A stretch of 64,000 nt of DNA from contig CABMOY010000001.1 in assembly GCA_902388345.1 (NCBI GenBank), forward strand, positions 9,357 through 73,356, read 5' to 3'. Made by a program: the position numbers and the translations under genes. Under the pieces are notes generated by a model that was given only the letters and a program-made list of their open reading frames with translations, did no database searches and was not told where the DNA came from. Below, one piece after another: positions 31,499 to 39,407 of this stretch. Positions within the stretch are counted from its first letter, which is position 1, and the number at the start of each line of letters is the position of its first letter. The stretch comes from an uncultured Collinsella sp. (GTDB lineage Bacteria; Actinomycetota; Coriobacteriia; Coriobacteriales; Coriobacteriaceae).

Positions 31499-32347
31499 CT
31501 ACTCGTCGCCTGCCTGCGCCGCCGAGAGCAGTGCGCTCAAATCGGCCTGGATCGCCTCCGCCTTGCTCCCGAGTTGCAGCGGAGCCGAGTCGCCCGAGAT
31601 GTTTACGCTCAGCAGGTGCGCATCCGGCAGCTTCGCGGTCATGCTCCAGAACGGGAGCGTGATGATGCCGGGGGTCATCTCGCCCACGCCGAGCTCCAGC
31701 AACAGCACGTGGCTACTACCGCGCTCGCGCACGAAGCGCTCGTATCGTCCGAGGCCCTCGCGCCAAGCCACGCCCTGCAGAAACGTGTCGTCGCGCACCC
31801 ACGGTACGAGCTGCCAGCCGCAGTGCGGGCATCGGGGGACATCCTCGCTGCGGATCTCGAACCCCGCCATGCCCGCGAGCATGCGCTCGACGTAGGGGCT
31901 CGCCTCGAAGAGCTCGTCGCAGCATGGCTGCTTGCACTGAAGGTGCGCGAAGCTTCCCTGATAGTTGCAGATTCTCTCGGCGGGAAACGTCTTCTCGACC
32001 TGGGTGTCCACATTGGTGCTCAGGGTGAAGTAGTCCTTATGGCCGATGAGGGACTGCAGGTCGAGATAGAGCTGTGAGGCAGGCTCGCGCAGCATGAAGT
32101 CGATGTATCGCGCGTAGTAGGCCCATTGCTGCTCGAGGCTGGGGTAGAGGTAGTAGAAGCCGTCGAAAAGGCTCTTGAAGCCAAAGGCTTGCTGCCAGTC
32201 CGTCATTCCGGCGCGCGCCATGCCTGCGCGGTTGTAATGGTTGAACCCGGCGGCGCTTGACATGCCCGAGCCGATGCCGACGATGATGGCGTCGGCATCG
32301 TCGATAAGGCTTCGAAGCCTATACGCTTCCCTCTCTAGAGACGGCAT
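31499..32347 (-). CDS. Sirtuin-like (SIR2-family) protein, paralog a
   Basis: IVGIGSGMSSAAG NAD-pocket Gly-rich motif. TLSTNVDTQ (TQNxD-like). Zn ribbon CKQPCC...CPHCG. Confidence 0.6.
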   Translation of the reverse strand: MPSLEREAYRLRSLIDDADAIIVGIGSGMSSAAGFNHYNRAGMARAGMTDWQQAFGFKSLFDGFYYLYPSLEQQWAYYARYIDFMLREPASQLYLDLQSLIGHKDYFTLSTNVDTQVEKTFPAERICNYQGSFAHLQCKQPCCDELFEASPYVERMLAGMAGFEIRSEDVPRCPHCGWQLVPWVRDDTFLQGVAWREGLGRYERFVRERGSSHVLLLELGVGEMTPGIITLPFWSMTAKLPDAHLLSVNISGDSAPLQLGSKAEAIQADLSALLSAAQAGDE

Positions 32348-33033
32348 TGGGCAATCTCCTCGAAAGCCGGGGCCATATCGCCGTCAACGAGAATCGTCTC
32401 GCACGATGCATCGGGCGCCATAGCCTGGCTGTAGTTGAACACGATGTAGGTGGCGTGCTCGCAGACGTTCGCGATCTGGGCGAGCATGTGCTTTATGATG
32501 CCGTTGCGCAGTCCCACGCCAAGTTCGAGGATGGCGACCCTGCCGTTGCGATGGGCTTGCACAAGGCGCTCGAGCTCCTCGAGCTGGGTCATGGCGAGGG
32601 CGTCTGGATGGGCGAGGCGCCGCTCGTCAACCGACGTGCGCGTGCTCCCCTCAGTCTCGAGCACGCGCTCCTCGTCGAACCCGGCGCGCGCGAAGTGCCC
32701 GTCGATGTTGCATGTGACCACGAAGGTGTCGGCGTGCTCCGTAAGACGCCGCAGCCCGTTCATGAGCGAGCCGGGCTCATATTCGAGATACTCCTTTTGA
32801 TGGAACCGCTCGGCCCATCGGCGTCGCACGCTGGCATCCGGGGAAGCGAGCCCCTGCAGTATGCAGCCGATGCCGTCTGCCTGGGCGAGGTCCCCGTACG
32901 CCTCTTGGAAATGAGCATCGGCGCAGAAAAGGTTGAGCCCCTCCGCCATGTCGAGTCCGTTGCTAGCGCCGATGATGACAAGATCCGCTTCGGCTAGCGC
33001 CCTGCCTATGCGAACTGCTTTCGCCGTCTCCAT
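32335..33033 (-). CDS. Sirtuin-like protein, paralog b (degenerate: no Zn-ribbon cysteines, no catalytic His)
   Basis: VIIGASNGLDMAEG Gly-rich motif and VVTCNIDGH (TQNxD-like) are present. The HGS...CxxC...CxxC region is replaced by ETEGSTRTSVDE. Confidence 0.5.
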   Translation of the reverse strand: METAKAVRIGRALAEADLVIIGASNGLDMAEGLNLFCADAHFQEAYGDLAQADGIGCILQGLASPDASVRRRWAERFHQKEYLEYEPGSLMNGLRRLTEHADTFVVTCNIDGHFARAGFDEERVLETEGSTRTSVDERRLAHPDALAMTQLEELERLVQAHRNGRVAILELGVGLRNGIIKHMLAQIANVCEHATYIVFNYSQAMAPDASCETILVDGDMAPAFEEIAQCRL

Positions 33034-33036
33034 GCG

Positions 33037-34008
33037 CTACCTCCCCAGCGTCTTGCGCACGTCGGCAAGCACGTCGGCGATGTCGGCGCGAACGGCGAGC
33101 CCCCGATCCTCGATCGCGCGGGGGAGAAACTGCGTCTTGTTGTTTACGGCGATGTAGCTGGCCTGCGGTAACTGCGCCGTGAGGGCCCAGAACGGCTCCT
33201 GGATAAACGCGGGCGTCATGCGGCCCACACCCAGCTCGAGGAAGAGGATCCTCTGCCGTGCGTGCGCGTCGAGCCATTCGGACACCTTGCGGTACTGCTC
33301 CTCGTAGAGTTCGCCCTGCAGGAAGTTGCCGTAGCCGCGAACCCAGGGGAACGCCTCTGCCCCGCAGTGCGGGCAGCGCGGCACGAGCTCTGTCGGAACC
33401 TCAAGGCCGTCTCCCATGGCCTCTACCATGTTGGAGACCGGTTCGACCGCATCCCACACCGCGTCGGTGCAACAGCGGGAGCACTGAAAGAAGCGGTGGT
33501 CGCCTTGGATCTCTGCCACTTTCTCCCAGGGATAGAGCTTCACAAACTGCGTGTCCTGGTTGGTGGTGAGCACGAAGAAATCCTTCTCGGCGAGAATGGC
33601 GTCGAGGTCCTTGTAGGGCTTGCGCAGCGGGGCGTTGAGCGTGGTGTCGAGGAAGGTGGCGAGGTATCCCCAGCGCGCCTCGGCGGTGGGCCAGCGGTAG
33701 AACGACCCCTCGAAAGCGCCCTTGAAACCGTAGCGCTCGGCGAATTTGCCGAAATGCCTGCGATAGGTTGCGTTGTCCTCGTAATAGAAGTCGCCGCCGC
33801 CCGCCGCGGAGAGCCCAGAGGCCCCGCCCACCAGCACGCAATCGGCTTCCTCGATCATGCGGGCGAAGTCCCTGATTTGCTGGTCGTAGGGCTCGGGCTC
33901 GCGGTCACTCAGCTCATAGGGCGTGCCGCCGCTGCGGTAGGCGGCCTGAAGGGAAAACGATTGGTTGGTGAGCTCGATAACGAGCTGCTCGTACAGGGTC
34001 ACTGGATA
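33037..34008 (-). CDS. Sirtuin-like (SIR2-family) protein, paralog c
   Basis: VLVGGASGLSAAGG motif. LTTNQDTQF. GDHRFFQCSRCC...CPHCG Zn ribbon. Probable GTG start at VTLYEQ (about 34008), by homology with the 30711 fragment start. Stop overlaps the start of paralog b. Confidence 0.6.
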   Translation of the reverse strand, partial: YPVTLYEQLVIELTNQSFSLQAAYRSGGTPYELSDREPEPYDQQIRDFARMIEEADCVLVGGASGLSAAGGGDFYYEDNATYRRHFGKFAERYGFKGAFEGSFYRWPTAEARWGYLATFLDTTLNAPLRKPYKDLDAILAEKDFFVLTTNQDTQFVKLYPWEKVAEIQGDHRFFQCSRCCTDAVWDAVEPVSNMVEAMGDGLEVPTELVPRCPHCGAEAFPWVRGYGNFLQGELYEEQYRKVSEWLDAHARQRILFLELGVGRMTPAFIQEPFWALTAQLPQASYIAVNNKTQFLPRAIEDRGLAVRADIADVLADVRKTLGR

Positions 34009-34145
34009 CCTTCTTTCAGCTATTATAAACAGGTGTCTATAAAAAGTATCCATGTCGATTTGCTTAAGAGCAATGAACAGCTTCGGCCTGCTGTCGATAA
34101 ACGAGCGTTTGCCGGGCATTGTCGAGCGTTGCAATTGGAGGGGTA

Positions 34146-34706
34146 ATGGAAGCGGGGAAGATCGATCGTCGCCGACGCTATACACTCTCGGTCATACGGG
34201 AGGCGTTCTTCGCGCTGCTGGCCGAGGTCGGCTTCGCGAAGATGACGGTAGCGGATATCTGCCGCCGCGCCGATATCAACCGTGGCACGTTCTATCTGCA
34301 CTACGAGGACAAGTTCGCCCTGCTCGACGCGCTTATCGACGAGGCCTTGGCGGCGGTGCCGCCGCTCGAGGGAACGGAGGCGGGTGCCCTCTGCCAGCGT
34401 CCGCCGGCAAACGATGACTATTATCTGCTCTACTCGGATGACGACGCGTACGCCCGGGTGGCACAGCGCGTCGTCGAGCGCGGCGCCGAGCAGATGATTC
34501 CCTCGATCATGGAGGAGACTGGGCTTTCGCGCGAGGACGCCTATCTGCTCTTCGTCCACAACGTCCAGGGAAATCTCGCGGTCAACCGCCTGCTCGGTTG
34601 GAGGCGAGGGCCCGAGTTTGCCCACGCTCAGGAGCTGCTCAGCGCCTATTCCGAAGGGGGCATGCGGGCGGTGTCTGCCCGCTATGATTCTCGTAGTTCA
34701 TCTTGA
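34146..34706 (+). CDS. TetR/AcrR-family transcriptional regulator (copy 2, about 85 percent identical to copy 1)
   Basis: Same HTH as copy 1 (GFAKMTVADICRRADINRGTFYLHYEDK). ATG at MEAGKIDRR. Confidence 0.8.
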   Translation: MEAGKIDRRRRYTLSVIREAFFALLAEVGFAKMTVADICRRADINRGTFYLHYEDKFALLDALIDEALAAVPPLEGTEAGALCQRPPANDDYYLLYSDDDAYARVAQRVVERGAEQMIPSIMEETGLSREDAYLLFVHNVQGNLAVNRLLGWRRGPEFAHAQELLSAYSEGGMRAVSARYDSRSSS

Positions 34707-34930
34707 CCACGGGTTCATTTCAAGTAAGCAGTGCAGCTATGAGCTGAGGATAAAGCGCCACAGTGTGCCCCGCGTTCTCGACTTCCCGGCAGAAACGTGA
34801 GTCCTTTGGTTAACGCATCTCAAGATTGAGCGTTGGTTCCGCTTTTGATTTGGTGGCATGACGGAGTGGACGGCATGGCATTGTCGCATCGCCGTGCTGT
34901 CGCAGCGCCAGACGTCTTCGTGGCTGCCGT

Positions 34931-35275
34931 TCAGCCCTCGTCGAGCTCCTTCAGCCGGGAGAGGCAGCGGTCCAGAAACCCGCTCCTAGCTTGCGCGGCA
35001 AGGAGTCCGTCGCAAAAGCGGTCGCCACGAACGCACCACGTGATGCATGCACGTATCAGGTCAATGTCCCCATGGTCGATGTCGCAGCTGTCTATACCTT
35101 CCGAGGTGTCGATGCTATGGCGTTCAAGCGTCTCGAAGTAGCTGGTGTCCGCGAACCCGTCCAGTCCATAGAAATCGTCGACGAAATCCTCGAGTCCGAA
35201 CGTCCCGCCCCCAAACTCGACATTCATGTTTCTGTCCGCCAGCTTGCCAGCGTACTTGGTTAGTCTTTCGAACAT
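34931..35275 (-). CDS. Small acidic protein, possibly DUF4375 (DMP19 DNA-mimic C-terminal domain-like)
   Basis: 114 aa with many Asp/Glu residues. C-terminal ITWCVRGDRFCDGLLAAQARSGFLDRCLSRLKEL block recalled as DUF4375-like, which is uncertain. Lies 10 bp downstream of the GmrSD-like gene on the same strand. Confidence 0.4.
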   Translation of the reverse strand: MFERLTKYAGKLADRNMNVEFGGGTFGLEDFVDDFYGLDGFADTSYFETLERHSIDTSEGIDSCDIDHGDIDLIRACITWCVRGDRFCDGLLAAQARSGFLDRCLSRLKELDEG

Positions 35276-35284
35276 GTTCGCTCC

Positions 35285-37020
35285 TTAGCTCAAAAGTCCG
35301 TTGTCGCCCAGGTAGTCCACGAAGGCATCGATGATCCGTGCCGTGCGAGTCGCGATGTCTATTTCGGTGAAGTCTCCCATGACTTGTGCCAGGCGCTTGA
35401 GTTCCGTGATCTTTGTTCCGGCTTTGCGCTTGCCATTGCCGTCGGTGTATCCCTCATAGTATTTGCGTTTATCGCAGAATCTGTAGTCGGCCGCGCGGAT
35501 GTTTACACGCTTCTCGAGCAGCGCCTTGTTACCCAGCGCCTCCAGGCTGGATTGATCGACGAGCGGGTCTATCTCGTTGCGCTTCTTGGCATAGATGTGC
35601 TCAATTTCGAGCGTGGTGTCTAGGTCCATGAGTGGTTGATCTGGGTCTGCGTACGCCCACCAAGTGAGTATGGACTTTGTTACAGGCCTGCCGTTGGTGA
35701 ACACGTAGGTTCGGAATCGCTCAGCAATATTTGCGCGATTGAAGTGGTGGTTAGGAAACTCCACCGGGCGGTGCTCCACGATGTTGATCATCTCGGGATA
35801 CACTGGCGAACGCAGCGCGTTCACGCCGGGTCGCTCAATGGCGTAGGCGAAAATGAATGCCGTGATCTTGTTTAGAAAGCCGTAGAGTGCCTCGTCATCG
35901 AGGACACCTTTGCTGTCGCTGTTGGCAAGGAACCAGACGCTTAGCAGATAGGTCCACATGCCGTTGGGGGCGTAGTTCAGCACGAAGAGCCTGCGGAGCA
36001 CGCGCTCGCTGAACCCTTCCTGCGCGTCGACGCGTTTCCAGAAGCCGAGCAGCGCCTCGAGATCGGCGAGCGTGGCGTCCTCCTTGAGCATGGCGTAACC
36101 ATCGGCACCGAAGAAGTCGCGCAACGATGCGGTGGTCGTGTCGCGGATGCCTTTCTTCGCGCGGCGGTAGTACATGTAGCGCGTAAATAGCTCATCGGTT
36201 GGTGTGCCGCGCATGGGCCGGAAGATAGCGTTCGCTCCCTCCTCGAGTCCCTTCCAGCGACGGATGAACTCGTCCTTGCGCCCCGTGTCGGAATAATGCT
36301 TGTAGAACTGGCTCTTGAAGATGTCGGCATCCGAGAGAGGCAACCCTCGGTCGTTTAGAGTCGAGAAGATGCGTAGCGCGGTGTCCTGCGATTCCGCTTC
36401 AATGGGCAACAGTATCACATTGTTGATGACGCGTGTGGCCATGTAGACGGTGTAGGTGGGCCACTCGCTCACCAGTTGCTCAATTTTCCTCTGGAAGAAA
36501 GCGAAGTTGCGGGCATAGGCGCTCTTCCAGCCATCGCCTACATTGCCCTCTCGTAAAATCTCGAGGAATTCATTCTTGTCGTTGTCCGATGCAACCTCGG
36601 AGTCGATCTTGAGGCGTTCCATGTCGGGCTCGTCGAACTCGTCGGTTTTCCATACACAACGGGCGATTGCCTCGCGCATCTTCACAGACTGCTTATCCTT
36701 CATGTTGGTGAACTTGTCGTAGAACGCGCGGAGCAGCAGCATGATGGTGGTGAGGCGCTGCTGGCCGTCAATGATTTCGAGTTGGCCAGAGAGGTTCTTA
36801 AAGGTGACGATGGGTCCTAGGAAGTATTCGTCGTTCTCGCTGTCGAAGCGCTCGTAGTCATCGCCCGGAAAAGCGAACGCGAATAGGTCATCCCACAGCG
36901 TTGCGCATTCGTCCTCGCCCCAGGCGTAGGGCCTCTGGTAGTCGGGGATGAGGAAGTCTGATCGCTTATCGGTGAGAAGATCGCGAATCGATCGCTGGTC
37001 GATGTTGAGCTTGGACATGA
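35285..37020 (-). CDS. GmrSD-family type IV (modification-dependent) restriction endonuclease (DUF262 ParB-like NTPase plus DUF1524 His-Me nuclease)
   Basis: IIDGQQRLTTI (DUF262 hallmark) in the N-terminal half. C-terminal EIEHIYAKK...GNKALL block typical of DUF1524. Start at MSKLNIDQRS (about 37020). The upstream extension of the ORF is not coding. Confidence 0.8.
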
Positions 37021-37307
37021 GCTGTACCTTCCGCGCGGGAACAATCAAGATGACACGGATTATATCGCCGAAGTCGTCATTCGCTCTATTGCTGCGAGCT
37101 ACTGAATCTGGCAACCTCTGGCCAACCCTTACGGTTTCATGTCGTGATCCATATCGGCGCTGATTAATGTCCGTGATGCTTTTGCTTGCACCTTCTTTGG
37201 AGAGCGCGAGCGAGAGATGCGATCTACAGACGTCTGAATAGCTCCATCCGTTTTGGTTACAACAAAATGTGTGCCGCGCGCCTGCGGCATGAAGAAGGGA
37301 GATTCTT

Positions 37308-37838
37308 GTGAATATCGTTGTATTGAGCGGTAGCCCGCGTAAGGGCGCCAATACAGATACCATGGTCGAGGCGTTTGCCGAGACCGCGCGTGAGGGCGGC
37401 AATACGGTCGAGGTCGTCCGCGTTGCCAGCAAGAAGATCGCCGGCTGCTTGGGATGCCAGTACTGCTTCGCTCATGAGGGCGTCTGCGTGCAGAAGGATG
37501 ACATGGTCAACGTGATCGAGTCGCTGAAAGACGCAGATATGGTCGTCTTTGCCTCGCCTATCTACTGGTTCGATATCACTGCGCAGGAGAAGGCTGTCAT
37601 CGACCGCCTGTACGCCTTCGGTGCTACGGGCTTCCCGTTCACCAAGACGGCCCTTTTGCTCGATAGCCACAGCGAGGGCGTCTATGATGCGGCGATCGCC
37701 ATGTACAAGTCCACGTGCGCATACTGCAAGTGGGAGGACCAGGGCATTGTCACCATCAGCGGTATGACCGAGCGCGACAGCATGGCCTCCTCGCCCAAGC
37801 TGGAAGAGGTGCGAGAGCTCGCTCGCAAGCTCGCCTAA
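37308..37838 (+). CDS. NAD(P)H-dependent FMN reductase / flavodoxin-like oxidoreductase
   Basis: VVLSGSPRKGANT motif. FASPIYWF flavin-binding block. GTG start. Confidence 0.75.
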   Translation: MNIVVLSGSPRKGANTDTMVEAFAETAREGGNTVEVVRVASKKIAGCLGCQYCFAHEGVCVQKDDMVNVIESLKDADMVVFASPIYWFDITAQEKAVIDRLYAFGATGFPFTKTALLLDSHSEGVYDAAIAMYKSTCAYCKWEDQGIVTISGMTERDSMASSPKLEEVRELARKLA

Positions 37839-38018
37839 GGGCAAGAAGAGCGCATGGCAATCGGTGTTGGTGGAAATGCTTGCTGTCCTTACCGAGAGAT
37901 AGGGGCGCATTCCCTCAAGCGCCGTATGGAACAATTTTTAAACGCAGAAAAATAACTGAAAACAAATTAATCCGCGTTAAAATATTGTCAAACAGAAGTT
38001 AATGAGGGAAGGTTGCGT

Positions 38019-39308
38019 ATGCGTCGCAAGGCAGACGAGCTACTTAGGGAATGGCGAGACAGAGCTGATAGAAAACCTTTGCTGGTCAAAGGCGTGCGCC
38101 AGTGTGGCAAGACCTATTTGCTCAGAACGTACGCCCAGGATCTTTTCGAATCGGTTGTCTACGTTAATCTTGAGAACGACCGGTCGGCGCGAGCGGATTT
38201 TTCGGGCGGTCTTGACCCTCATTCGATTGTGCGCGCGATCGAGGCTCGTACGGGACAGCGTATCGTGCCTGGCAAAACCTTACTGTTCATTGACGAGATC
38301 CAGGCATGCGAGGAAGCGCTCACTTCCCTTAAATACTTTTGCGAAGATGCTCCCGAGTATTACGTTGCGGCTGCCGGGTCGCTTCTTGGGGTTGCCATTA
38401 ACCATCAGTCGTATTCGTTCCCCGTCGGAAAGACCGACTTGATCGAGATGACTCCACTCGATTTCGAGGAGTTTCTCTGGGCAATGGGGCACGATCAGCT
38501 GGTCGATGAGATACGCTCGTCATTCGAGTTAATGGGTCCTCTTGCGCCAAGCCTTCATGAAAAGGCGCTTAGGCTCTATCGACAGTATCTTGTTGTTGGC
38601 GGAATGCCCGAGGCGGTCCAAACGTATATCGATGATCAGTCAATCATTGATGTGGCCGAAAAGCATCGGATTATTCTCGACGGATATTCCGCCGACACCA
38701 ATAAATATGCTGATGAACGCTTGAGCGCAAAGACGCGTGCGTGCTTCGATTCCATTCCACAGCAGCTTGCCAAAGAGAATCGCAAATTTCAATACAAGGT
38801 AGTGCGAGCGGGGGGCAATGCGTCTCTCTTTGGAGATGCTCTCGACTGGCTTGTATTGTCGGGTACGGTGGCGCGCTGCAGCCTAGTCGGGCAGATCGAA
38901 AGCCCTTTAGAGGCCTTCGTTAACCCTTCTGCTTTTAAAATCTATCAGGCGGATACAGGGCTGCTCGTCTCCAAGGCCGGTGCTCAACGCGCCGATATTC
39001 TTGCCGGCATCGGCGGCACATTCATGGGTGCACTTACCGAAAACTACGTCGCCCAACAGCTTTCAGCCATGGGCTATCCGCTGCATTATTGGGCGCGAGA
39101 TAATCGTGCGGAAATCGACTTTGTAGTAGAGAAGCAGGGATGCTTGTCTGCGATTGAAGTCAAGGCGGGAGAGAACACAAGATCTCGAAGCCTGTCCTCA
39201 CTTAAAAAGACCCATCCGGGCGTACGCCTTATCAGGCTATCGACTAAGCCCTTTGGAATGAATGATGGGCTTATGTCTGTTCCACTTTATGCGGCATTTT
39301 GTCTATAG
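38019..39308 (+). CDS. AAA+ ATPase of the DUF4143 (COG1373) family
   Basis: Walker A VRQCGKTYLL. LLFIDEIQ Walker B. C-terminal DUF4143-like region. Preceded by an AT-rich promoter-like stretch at 37900-38000. Confidence 0.8.
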   Translation: MRRKADELLREWRDRADRKPLLVKGVRQCGKTYLLRTYAQDLFESVVYVNLENDRSARADFSGGLDPHSIVRAIEARTGQRIVPGKTLLFIDEIQACEEALTSLKYFCEDAPEYYVAAAGSLLGVAINHQSYSFPVGKTDLIEMTPLDFEEFLWAMGHDQLVDEIRSSFELMGPLAPSLHEKALRLYRQYLVVGGMPEAVQTYIDDQSIIDVAEKHRIILDGYSADTNKYADERLSAKTRACFDSIPQQLAKENRKFQYKVVRAGGNASLFGDALDWLVLSGTVARCSLVGQIESPLEAFVNPSAFKIYQADTGLLVSKAGAQRADILAGIGGTFMGALTENYVAQQLSAMGYPLHYWARDNRAEIDFVVEKQGCLSAIEVKAGENTRSRSLSSLKKTHPGVRLIRLSTKPFGMNDGLMSVPLYAAFCL

Positions 39309-39407
39309 GGATGATGCTGGTGTAATGCATGGGGCCCAGGGCGCAGCGTTTACTGCGCTCCGGGCCCCGCTGCTTAGTTAAACCATGACGGTTTGGTCGC
39401 CGTCGTC

